Below, piece after piece: positions 9,491 to 18,603 of a DNA stretch of 27,572 nucleotides. The translations under genes and the position numbers were made by a program. The DNA is from a candidate division WOR-3 bacterium (GTDB lineage: Bacteria; Hydrothermota; UBA3072; B12-G15): positions 1-27,572 of the forward strand of contig CBFGJG010000027.1 in assembly GCA_965649055.1 (NCBI GenBank), given 5' to 3'. The notes below the pieces were generated by a model. It worked only from the letters and a program-made list of their open reading frames with translations, had not been told where the DNA came from and ran no database searches. The first letter of the stretch is position 1; each line of letters begins with the position of its first letter.

Positions 9491-10671
9491 ACTTATTCAA
9501 ATTTGCTTTAAGAAACATATTAAGATACAGAACAAGGACAATTTATGCATCATTATCAATATTCATTGCCTCAATAATAGTTGTATTTGCGCAAGGTTAT
9601 GTCGGTGGAATATCAAGAGGTATGATGGAGGAATACAAAAATTATCTAACAGGTGATTTGAAGATAACAACAGACGGTTTTGTTCAGAGAGAAAATTTTA
9701 TGCCTGTTGATGAAGTGTTTGATGAAGAAATTTTGAATGCTCTTGATACGATTCAGGGTATAGAACTGATCGAACCAAGGTTCAGATTCGGGACATTACT
9801 TGGGAAAGAAGAGAATACAGAACCTGCAATAGGTATTGGTCTTGATTTTGAAAGAACAAGATTCAAGATTAAAGACAAAATTGTGGAAGGTTCTATTGGT
9901 GATGGAATTATTATAACAAGAGAATTCTCAGAAAAAATCGGAGTAAATACAGGGGATAGTATACTGGTTGTTTCAAAAACATCAGAGGGTGGAATAAATG
10001 GAATAAAACTGAAAATAACAGGGATTGTTCATTTTGGTATAGGGATGATAGACAGGAATATGTTCTTTATATCTATCCAAGATGCAAGAAGACTTTTAAG
10101 GATAAGGGAAGGTTTTACAGAGTTATTTTTATATACCGGAGATAAAAAAGTGGTTGATAAGATAAAAAATGTTAAAATAGATGGTATTTCAATAAGAAAA
10201 CCAGGAGAACAGATACCTTTCCTTGACGCTTTTGCTCTTGCTTTAAAGATATATTCTTTTCTTGAATTATTAATCTTCTTACTTGCTTCTTTTGTTATCC
10301 TGAATCTTATGACTATGATAGTTTTTGAGAGGATAAGGGAGATTGGAACATTGAAGGCAATTGGTATGAGAGATAATGATGTTTTTAAGAATTTTATACT
10401 TGAAGGAGTAATTATTGGAAGCATAGGTGGTATAACAGGTTCATTTTTTGGATACCTTATCCTTTTTTATCTTCATAACAAAGGAATGAATTTTGAAGGT
10501 GCTATTAAGAATACAGACCTTATGATAAGTTATATAGTCTATCCTGATCTTCATTTTTATTATGTGATTATCAGTATTATTATGGCAATTTTTATTTCAG
10601 GTCTTGCTGCAATGATACCTGCAATTTATGCAAGAAGATTTACACCCAATGATGCATTAAGAAAAATATAA
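9487..10671 (+). CDS. ABC transporter permease, LolC/E / FtsX-like (second subunit)
   Basis: Start moved to ATG 9487 (ATGA overlap; MNLFKFALRNILRYRTRT parallels the paralog). ERIREIGTLKAIGM, PAIYARRFTPNDALR. Confidence 0.9.
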   Translation: MNLFKFALRNILRYRTRTIYASLSIFIASIIVVFAQGYVGGISRGMMEEYKNYLTGDLKITTDGFVQRENFMPVDEVFDEEILNALDTIQGIELIEPRFRFGTLLGKEENTEPAIGIGLDFERTRFKIKDKIVEGSIGDGIIITREFSEKIGVNTGDSILVVSKTSEGGINGIKLKITGIVHFGIGMIDRNMFFISIQDARRLLRIREGFTELFLYTGDKKVVDKIKNVKIDGISIRKPGEQIPFLDAFALALKIYSFLELLIFLLASFVILNLMTMIVFERIREIGTLKAIGMRDNDVFKNFILEGVIIGSIGGITGSFFGYLILFYLHNKGMNFEGAIKNTDLMISYIVYPDLHFYYVIISIIMAIFISGLAAMIPAIYARRFTPNDALRKI

Positions 10672-10698
10672 AATAGTTCAATTTGTAAAAAATTTAAC

Positions 10699-10765
10699 TT
10701 GACAAAATTTAAAATTTAATTAAAAATATATATGCTTATGGTTAATATAATTTTAAAAAGGAGGT
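10699..10765 (+). promoter_or_regulatory. candidate -35 box and strong ribosome-binding site
   Basis: TTGACA at 10699-10704 with only a weak -10 (TAAAAA). AAGGAGGT at 10758-10765 before ATG 10770. Confidence 0.4.
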
Positions 10766-10769
10766 CTAT

Positions 10770-13700
10770 ATGTTAACCATTAAGTGTATTTTTTTAATTC
10801 TGGTTTTATCTCAATTTAACATTTTTAAAGAGGTTGAATATCCTGTTCCCGTAATGGATGAGGTGCATTTCCTTTCTGATGTGAAAACTCCTGAACCAGT
10901 AATGGATACAAATGTTATTGCAGATGCTGTTAATTACGGTGCTATTGATATCGGGAAATTTTTAAAAAGCCCGAGCGATGATACGATAAGGATCATTCTT
11001 TCAAGAGGTTCGCTTTATATCTGCACAGATACATCAACATCTTCTTTTGGACCATATAAGTTCAGGGTTCAAAAAATACACGATTTCCCTTATACAACTA
11101 TTGGTTATTCAACTAAAATTGGCAAGACATCTACATCTGATACAAGAAATAGTATATTCGCAACATATGGTGATAATTTTTACAGGTTTCAGTGGGACCC
11201 AACAATATCAAACTGGGCTTTAAAAGAATCTATATATATATTAACTGGACTAGGTGAAAATGCTACAAATATTGATATAGGTTACATTTCCAACTATAAT
11301 TATTATGATATATTTATTCCAAGAACAGATTATTCAGAACTTTTCTGGATTAGGTATAAATCTTCAGGTTATGATACATCAAATATTTCTCTTTCTGGAA
11401 CACCTGTTCAGCAAGTTAGAGGGGTTGCTGTGGGGGATGTAAGGTCAGATATCGGTGGTATTGGTCCGGATGAGGTTTATGTGGTTGGTGGAAAAAATCT
11501 ATGGGTAGTATGGTATGATGAGGGTTCATCACAATGGAACTCTGAACTTATAACCAATAATTTACTTAATGCAGTTGATGTTGTTGTTGGTGATATAGAC
11601 CCCACATTATCAGGTAATGAGATTGCTATTCTGCACGATACCACATCATATCAGATAAGTATATGGAATTATTCTGGTGGATTATGGTTTGGAAGGTCAT
11701 ATAACATACTTGGTTTAAATGGTTCAAACGATATTGCATTAGGAGATGTGATATCTGATAATCCTGGTTATGAGATAATTTTTGTGAATAAAAATTTCAA
11801 CTATCCGCTGCTATGTTATATAGCACCTAATGGGTTTTTCTGGGCAGAATTGCTTACAAAGACATCAAACTGGTATGCTGGGGTAGCGATAGGTAATGTG
11901 AATAAGTTTAAAGGTGTTACTGAAGAATATGTTATCTCCGGGAATTTTAATAATTTGTATGAGGGAGAGCAGTTAATAAGTCCCTATGACCTATGCCTTT
12001 TTAAAATTAATGTCTATTATTATTCTGTTTTAAGAACAAATTACTCAGATAATATAAGTTTCCTTATTGTTAATTCAGGTTCAAATCAGATTTCAAATTT
12101 CACCTGTGGGTATTATCTTTTACATCATTCTTTAAACCATTCCGGAATATATACGTACACTTTAAACCCCGGTGATACAGCCATATATGAGGCAAGTATC
12201 ACACCTAATTTCCGTGGTGTTGATACGATTGTTGCTTTTGTGGATTATACCTTTGATGGCAATAGAAGGAATGATACCTGTAAACTACATATTGAGGTTT
12301 ATGATGATTCCACCTGGGCTGCTTCTGGTTTTAATGCGGGCCTTTTTCCACCTGTGCTTTCTACCTTAGAGGAACCACTCTGGTCTTATAGAAAAAAATG
12401 GACAAGTTATAACTATGGATTTAAATACAATTGGTATAGAACATCACTCCCGGCTCATCCTTCTGCTCCTGTCCTTGAAGGTTATGCTGTTGCATATTAT
12501 CCATCATTTTATGCTTCATCAGGAGAATCCGCACTTCTTTTAACAAATGAGACTCAGATAAGAAATACAGCAAAAAAGGTGAATCTTGTTTTTTATATGT
12601 ATCATGATACTGGTTATTCTGCTTTAAGAGATTCCATATATGTAAAATATGGTTTTGACTCATTAAACCTGAATAAGGTTGCTGGTTTCCAGAGACCTTA
12701 TTCAATAGAGCAATGGCAGAAACATACAGTTGAAATAGGTGATTTTTCCCCTGGAAGGAGTGTTTTTGTAGGTTTTCTTGCAAGGTCGAAATATGGTAAC
12801 AATATTTTCATAGATTCTGTTAGGGTTTATACATCACCATCAACAACGGATGGTGGTGTAACATCAATAAGATTACCAAAACCACCATATATTCAGAATA
12901 ATTTTTACTGGGTAGAGATAAAAATAAAAAACTTTGGTCCAAGAACTTTAACAAGCGTTCCTGTTTTTTATGTAAGTAATAAAGGGACATCATCAGGTGA
13001 AACATATTCAGGAACATTAAATACAAACGATAGTGCAAATTTCGTATTTACTATTGACTGGCAACCCTTGCAAACAGGTATAGATACGATAAGGAGTTTT
13101 TCCTTACTTGAAGGTGATTATAATACTTCAAATGACACCACATTTAAAGAAATTATGATATGGCCTGAATATAAAGTTCCACCATATTCTACAAACTTTG
13201 AAGAGAACTGGTCAAATTCTTCAAATCCTCCATATGATGGCTGGGAAATAATTGATGGTGGTTCAGAATCCCCTGAGATTCTAAATACGAATGACTGGCA
13301 TAAATACTTATTGAATACATCTTATAGATTTAGCAATGTTGCAAGGGTATTCTGGTCTCCTGTTGAATGGTCAAATGACTGGCTTATATCACCAAGGTTT
13401 AACTGCACACAGCAAGGAATATATGTATTACATTACTGGCATTATTACAATGATTACACAACTTCTAGAACAGATTCAGGTAATGTAATGTTGTCAACAG
13501 ATGGGGGTAATTCCTGGACGAGGATAGCACTTTACCAGAATGCAGATGATTCTGGTTATAAGACAATAGATATCACTTCATATGCTCAAGGAAAGAACAA
13601 TGTAAAGATAGGATTCTGGTATGTTGCAAATGATGAATTCTTTTGGTATATAGATTCCTTCTCAATAGATTTTACCCCAACAGGAATTGCCGAGGAGATA

Positions 13701-13955
13701 CCGAAAAATGTCTATTTTGATTTTGTTTTTAATAAGAATAATGCAAGTATTCATTATGGAATTCCGGTTGATGGGAATGTTTCTTTCAAAATATATAATC
13801 TTCTGGGACAGATTGTAAAAAGTATTGACAAAGGTAATATGAAAGCAGGAAGATACGAAGAGACTGTTTATTTAGATATACCTGATGGAATATATTTCGT
13901 GAATATGGAGATAGGGAAGGAAAAGATAACAAAGAAATATATTAAGCTGTTTTAG
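10770..13955 (+). CDS. secreted multidomain protein: FG-GAP-like repeats, CARDB-like and cleaved-adhesin/MAM-like domains, T9SS-type CTD
   Basis: Repeats VAVGDV, VVVGDID, IALGDV, VAIGNV. Two CARDB-like units ending DGNRRND and DYNTSND. Two jelly-roll units ending NIFIDSV and WYIDSF. CTD IYNLLGQIVK...GIYFV. Confidence 0.7.
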   Translation: MLTIKCIFLILVLSQFNIFKEVEYPVPVMDEVHFLSDVKTPEPVMDTNVIADAVNYGAIDIGKFLKSPSDDTIRIILSRGSLYICTDTSTSSFGPYKFRVQKIHDFPYTTIGYSTKIGKTSTSDTRNSIFATYGDNFYRFQWDPTISNWALKESIYILTGLGENATNIDIGYISNYNYYDIFIPRTDYSELFWIRYKSSGYDTSNISLSGTPVQQVRGVAVGDVRSDIGGIGPDEVYVVGGKNLWVVWYDEGSSQWNSELITNNLLNAVDVVVGDIDPTLSGNEIAILHDTTSYQISIWNYSGGLWFGRSYNILGLNGSNDIALGDVISDNPGYEIIFVNKNFNYPLLCYIAPNGFFWAELLTKTSNWYAGVAIGNVNKFKGVTEEYVISGNFNNLYEGEQLISPYDLCLFKINVYYYSVLRTNYSDNISFLIVNSGSNQISNFTCGYYLLHHSLNHSGIYTYTLNPGDTAIYEASITPNFRGVDTIVAFVDYTFDGNRRNDTCKLHIEVYDDSTWAASGFNAGLFPPVLSTLEEPLWSYRKKWTSYNYGFKYNWYRTSLPAHPSAPVLEGYAVAYYPSFYASSGESALLLTNETQIRNTAKKVNLVFYMYHDTGYSALRDSIYVKYGFDSLNLNKVAGFQRPYSIEQWQKHTVEIGDFSPGRSVFVGFLARSKYGNNIFIDSVRVYTSPSTTDGGVTSIRLPKPPYIQNNFYWVEIKIKNFGPRTLTSVPVFYVSNKGTSSGETYSGTLNTNDSANFVFTIDWQPLQTGIDTIRSFSLLEGDYNTSNDTTFKEIMIWPEYKVPPYSTNFEENWSNSSNPPYDGWEIIDGGSESPEILNTNDWHKYLLNTSYRFSNVARVFWSPVEWSNDWLISPRFNCTQQGIYVLHYWHYYNDYTTSRTDSGNVMLSTDGGNSWTRIALYQNADDSGYKTIDITSYAQGKNNVKIGFWYVANDEFFWYIDSFSIDFTPTGIAEEIPKNVYFDFVFNKNNASIHYGIPVDGNVSFKIYNLLGQIVKSIDKGNMKAGRYEETVYLDIPDGIYFVNMEIGKEKITKKYIKLF

Positions 13956-13973
13956 AAATTTTTCTTATACTGA

Positions 13974-15314
13974 ATGAACATATTTTTAATATATGAGATT
14001 ATAAGCTATATTTTAAAAGGTCCATATTTACAGTATTATGGGAATAATGGAATAATAGTATTATGGGAAAGTTCAGATGAAACATCTGGGTTGGTTCAGT
14101 ATGGTTTGTCCTATTCACTTGGGTTTGAAGCATCACATCTTGAATTACTTAAATTTCATTCCATTTTACTTTATCCATTACTTAATGATACAATTTATTA
14201 CTACAGGATTATATCAGGGACAGATACAAGTGAAATTAAATATTTCAGGAGCCCAACATATAGCGAAAGATTCCGTTTTTTTGTATTTGGTGATACAAGG
14301 ACTGATAGTTCAATGCATCAATCTGTGATAAACAGGATGTTACAGGAACTTCCTTCGCCTTATTTCATACTTAATACAGGTGACCTTACCACAACAGGTA
14401 GTGAGGTTGATTATCAAACATATTTTAATATTGAGCGAGATTTGCTTTCAAAGACAATACTTTTCCCGGTTCTCGGAAATCATGATATTGGAAATATTTC
14501 AAATTGGTTTAAGTATTTTTCATTACCTGACAATGAAAGATGGTATTCATTCCATTTTGGTAATTCATCATTCCATATAATTGATAATTATTCATATTTT
14601 CTTCCAGAGTCTGAACAATATCAATGGCTTCTTAGTGAATTTTTATCAGATAGTGCCAATCCTGAAATTAAGAATATCTTTGTTCTTTGCCATGAGCCCC
14701 CTTTTTCCACAAATCTCGGTCATGGTAGTAATTTATTAATAAGGGAAAACCTTGTTCCACTTTTTGAAAGGTTTAAAGTGAAGATAGTTTTCAGTGGTCA
14801 CAATCATTGTTACGAGAGGAGTTTTGTGAACAATGTTCAATATATAATCTCAGGTGGTGGAGGAGCACCAATATATAATAATTGGGATACAATATGTTAC
14901 TGGACAATGTACAGGGAAGCTAAATATCATTTTGTTGTTATTGATGTAAATTACGATACTATCATTTCAAGGGGTATAAAAATCACAGGTGAAGTGTTTG
15001 ATTCTTTCATTATGATTCCAACAGCTGGAATTAATGAAGATTTAACGGAAAAGATAATCCTTGATATTCCACAGACATTTTTCCCAAAAATACACAGGAT
15101 TCATTTATTTATGCCTTTTGATGAAGAAGTAAAGATTAATATTATTGACATAACCGGAAGGAAGGTCTCAAAAGTTGTGGATAAAAGATTAAAAAAAGGG
15201 GATTACTTTTTCGAATCCGAGAACAGGTTAAAATCAGGTGTTTATTTTATTATTCTTGAGGCTGAAGACTTTTATTTAATTAAAAAGTTTGTTATAATTG
15301 AGTTGAAAAAGTAA
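13974..15314 (+). CDS. purple-acid-phosphatase-like metallophosphoesterase with N-terminal FN3-like domain and T9SS-type CTD
   Basis: KGPYLQ and YYYRI in the N-terminal domain. Metal-binding motifs GDT, GDL, GNHD, CHEP, GHNH-CYER, SGGGGA. CTD IIDITGRKV...SGVYFI. Confidence 0.88.
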   Translation: MNIFLIYEIISYILKGPYLQYYGNNGIIVLWESSDETSGLVQYGLSYSLGFEASHLELLKFHSILLYPLLNDTIYYYRIISGTDTSEIKYFRSPTYSERFRFFVFGDTRTDSSMHQSVINRMLQELPSPYFILNTGDLTTTGSEVDYQTYFNIERDLLSKTILFPVLGNHDIGNISNWFKYFSLPDNERWYSFHFGNSSFHIIDNYSYFLPESEQYQWLLSEFLSDSANPEIKNIFVLCHEPPFSTNLGHGSNLLIRENLVPLFERFKVKIVFSGHNHCYERSFVNNVQYIISGGGGAPIYNNWDTICYWTMYREAKYHFVVIDVNYDTIISRGIKITGEVFDSFIMIPTAGINEDLTEKIILDIPQTFFPKIHRIHLFMPFDEEVKINIIDITGRKVSKVVDKRLKKGDYFFESENRLKSGVYFIILEAEDFYLIKKFVIIELKK

Positions 15315-15333
15315 GATATATAATAAATTTGAG

Positions 15334-17295
15334 ATGAAAATAATAAAGCAATTTTTATCGTTCAATATTAGTAATAAAAAAATTGAGGGATTTTATATTG
15401 AAAATATTATTTTCTACTTTTCTTTATTTTTAATATTTATTTTAATTCTTTTTTTATCTTTAAGAAGAATTACAGATGCAGATATAGGATTCCACTTAAA
15501 GGGCGGTGAATGGATGCTTGTAAATAAGTCTTTTCACAGGTATGATGAATTCACATATACCGTTAACAAAAATGAATACATCGCAATGTACTGGCTTTTC
15601 CAGATTATAATTTATCTGATTTACAAGATTTCAGATTATCGTGGAATTGTAATTTTCAAGACAATTATAGTTTTACTAATATATTTTATTATTTTATTAA
15701 GGTTGCTCAGATATAAAATTCACCCTGTTGTAATCTTGTCGATTCTTTTGCTTTCTATTTTCCCCTTTGAATTAAGATTCTCTGTTAGGCCGGAAATATT
15801 TACATACCTTTTTCTGGCATTAACATTGTTTATTCTCGAAGAATATTATTATAGAAAAGAGAACTATTTATTCTTACTCCCTTTTATAAATCTTCTCTGG
15901 GTCAATCTCCATGGATTATTCATATTGAGCTGGTTTGTTTTAATTACTTATTTAATAAGCATATTTATCCATAACAAGAAAATGGATAAAACATTTTTAA
16001 AGTATACAATATTTTCAATATTAATATGTCTCCTTAATCCTTATTTCTTTAAAGGTATTTTGTTCCCATTTTATCTTTTTACAAGATTACAGGGTGGCAG
16101 TATTTTTAAATCCGCTGTTACAGAATTAATATCTCCCTGGGCTATTATAAGAAGGGAGGTTTCTCCTTTCTTGCAAAGACAACAAATATACATATATTAT
16201 TTTTTAAGTGTGTCAGGTTTTTTAGTTACATTTATAAAAATCCTTAAAAGAAAACTCCATGAGATTCTGTTATTTGTAATATTTTTTATTCTATCTGCTA
16301 TGGCTATGCGGAATATTCCGTTATTTCTGATAGTTTCAATTCCATTTATTGGAAATTTTATAAATGATATTAGGATAAGAATTCCAGTAAAATTGTTGAA
16401 AACAGATTTTAAAATATGTAATTTAATATTTTTTACAGTTATTCCTATTATTACAATTATTTTCATTTTGAAGGTTTATACAAATGATTATTATTTTTCA
16501 AAAAGGACTTATATGCATTTTGGTATTGGCATCGAAGAAAATATTCATCCTGTAAAAGCAACAGAATTTCTTTGTAAGAATAATCTGGATGGGAGAATCT
16601 TGAACGATTTGAATTCAGGGAGTTGGCTTGTATGGAAAGGACCTCAGAAAGTTTTTATAGATGGAAGACTTGAGGTTATGAGAGAGGAATTCTTTAAAAA
16701 ATATTTGATAAGCTTTGAATATCCAGGAGGCTTAAAAAAACTTATAGATGAATACAAACCCGATATTGTATTTTTCGATTATGATGCATCATTGTTATGG
16801 TATCTTCAATTAAAAAACATTAAAGATTTCAGGATAATATATTGTGATATTAATACAGCGATATATTTAAGAAAAGGTTATAGAGAAGAATTGAAAGAAA
16901 TTAATATAAACGATGTTATCTGTAATATGGGATTTGATACAACAATTACAGAGAAAGAGGAGTGGGATATTTTAAAAATAAAAAGAAAAAACAAAATAAT
17001 CAGATATTTTGAATCCCTATATAAGAAACAGGTATATCCATATGAATTAGTAAATCTTGGTCTTTTTGCATTTCATTCAGATAATATCAAATCAGCAATA
17101 ATTCTTCATCTTGAATTTTTAAAGAGAACCAATGCAGTATATTATGAAACTTACTTTAATTTAGCCGAAATGTATCTAATACTTGGAAAATATGAAAAAA
17201 GTCTTTACTGTTATAAAAAATTCTTGGAATACAATCCTCGTAATAAGATTGCAAAAGAAAGGATAAAAGAGTTAAAAAAGATTCCCAGCTGGTAA
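15334..17295 (+). CDS. polytopic membrane protein with C-terminal TPR, GT-C-like glycosyltransferase candidate
   Basis: Many hydrophobic helices. DADIGFHLKGG after TM1, RPE, LWVNLHG, LLNPY, RN, VFIDGR. C-terminal TPR YFNLAEMY...YKKFLEYNP. Confidence 0.55.
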   Translation: MKIIKQFLSFNISNKKIEGFYIENIIFYFSLFLIFILILFLSLRRITDADIGFHLKGGEWMLVNKSFHRYDEFTYTVNKNEYIAMYWLFQIIIYLIYKISDYRGIVIFKTIIVLLIYFIILLRLLRYKIHPVVILSILLLSIFPFELRFSVRPEIFTYLFLALTLFILEEYYYRKENYLFLLPFINLLWVNLHGLFILSWFVLITYLISIFIHNKKMDKTFLKYTIFSILICLLNPYFFKGILFPFYLFTRLQGGSIFKSAVTELISPWAIIRREVSPFLQRQQIYIYYFLSVSGFLVTFIKILKRKLHEILLFVIFFILSAMAMRNIPLFLIVSIPFIGNFINDIRIRIPVKLLKTDFKICNLIFFTVIPIITIIFILKVYTNDYYFSKRTYMHFGIGIEENIHPVKATEFLCKNNLDGRILNDLNSGSWLVWKGPQKVFIDGRLEVMREEFFKKYLISFEYPGGLKKLIDEYKPDIVFFDYDASLLWYLQLKNIKDFRIIYCDINTAIYLRKGYREELKEININDVICNMGFDTTITEKEEWDILKIKRKNKIIRYFESLYKKQVYPYELVNLGLFAFHSDNIKSAIILHLEFLKRTNAVYYETYFNLAEMYLILGKYEKSLYCYKKFLEYNPRNKIAKERIKELKKIPSW

Positions 17296-17356
17296 ATATA
17301 TATTTAAGATGTTATCAAATCGTATGCTGAATTTCCAAAAAATGGATATAAATCTC

Positions 17357-17385
17357 TTGACATTTTCATCTTTTAATTCTAATAT
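17357..17385 (+). promoter_or_regulatory. sigma70-type promoter giving a probably leaderless transcript
   Basis: TTGACA 17357-17362, 17 bp spacer, TAATAT 17380-17385. ATG at 17391 is where +1 is expected, and there is no SD. Confidence 0.6.
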
Positions 17386-17390
17386 TTTAT

Positions 17391-18590
17391 ATGGAAGAAA
17401 ATTTAAATCTTAAGAATATTCTTAAAGTAAACGAAAGAATAAACTCTATAAAAGATATAGATACCCTTCTTGAGTTTATACTTTATGAAGCGAGGAAATT
17501 CACAAATGCAGACGCAGGGACAATCTATCTTGTAAAAGATAACAAATTATCATTTGAGTATGTCCAGAACGATACGCTCTTCAGGAAAGAGGCGAAAAGT
17601 AAGTTTTTATACAAAAGTCAGATTATGGAAATAAATGATAAATCAATAGCAGGTTATGTTGCATTAACTGGGAAACCTTTGAATATAGAAGATGCGTATG
17701 AGATACCTTCCGAGTATCCATTCTGTTTTAATAAAAAATTTGACCAGGAAACATCTTACAGGACGATGTCAATACTAACATATCCATTAAAGACGCATGA
17801 AGAACAACTTATTGGTGTGCTTCAATTAATTAATAAAAAAGAAAATAATGAATCTATCCCTTTTAAAGAAGATGACCTTTTGCTCGTAAGTTATTTTGCC
17901 ACAATCGCTGCAACTGCAATAGAAAGGGCTTTAATTACAAGGGAGATGATTTTAAGGATGATTAATATGGCAGAATTAAGAGACCCTAAAGAGACAGGTG
18001 CGCATGTAAACAGGGTAGGTGCATATTCTGTTGAAATATATAAGGAGTGGGCTGAAAGGAAAAATATTCCCAATAAAGAAATAAAAAAGACAGAAGATAA
18101 TTTGAAGATAGCCGCAATGTTACACGATATCGGTAAGGTTGCTATATCCGATGCGATATTGAAAAAACCAGGTAAACTTGATGAAAATGAATATAATATA
18201 ATGAAATATCATACTATCTCAGGTGCAAGATTGTTCAGAAACAAGACTTCAGAAATGGACAGACTTGGATTTGAGGTTGCTTTAAATCATCACGAAAGAT
18301 GGGATGGAAAAGGTTATCCGGGATTTATTGAAGATGTATTTGCCGACGATATTGAGTTAAGACAAGGGAAAAAAGGTGAGGAGATTCCAATATATGGAAG
18401 AATAGTCGCGGTTGCAGATGTATATGATGCACTTGTTTCAAAAAGGGCATACAAGGAAGCTTGGACAGAAGAAGAAGCAAAAAAGGAGATGGAATTACAG
18501 AAAGAAAAACAATTTGACCCTGAACTTGTTGATATATTTATTTCAATATATGATATTATAAGGGCAATAAGAGAAAAATTCAGGGAATAA
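17391..18590 (+). CDS. GAF + HD-GYP domain phosphodiesterase (probably c-di-GMP)
   Basis: GAF: ADAGTIYL, SIAGYVALTGKPLNIEDAY, FDQETSYRT, GVLQLINK. HD-GYP: ETGAHVNRV, LHDIGK, HHERWDGKGYP, GEEIP, VADVYDAL..KR.YK. Confidence 0.92.
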   Translation: MEENLNLKNILKVNERINSIKDIDTLLEFILYEARKFTNADAGTIYLVKDNKLSFEYVQNDTLFRKEAKSKFLYKSQIMEINDKSIAGYVALTGKPLNIEDAYEIPSEYPFCFNKKFDQETSYRTMSILTYPLKTHEEQLIGVLQLINKKENNESIPFKEDDLLLVSYFATIAATAIERALITREMILRMINMAELRDPKETGAHVNRVGAYSVEIYKEWAERKNIPNKEIKKTEDNLKIAAMLHDIGKVAISDAILKKPGKLDENEYNIMKYHTISGARLFRNKTSEMDRLGFEVALNHHERWDGKGYPGFIEDVFADDIELRQGKKGEEIPIYGRIVAVADVYDALVSKRAYKEAWTEEEAKKEMELQKEKQFDPELVDIFISIYDIIRAIREKFRE

Positions 18591-18603
18591 AAAGGAGGAT
18601 TTT

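Noticed and set aside
10841..10907. VMD motifs as Asp-specific cleavage sites for the nearby caspase homolog
   Set aside because: The C14 protein looks metacaspase-like (acidic residues near the active site suggest Arg/Lys preference), so nothing supports Asp cleavage.
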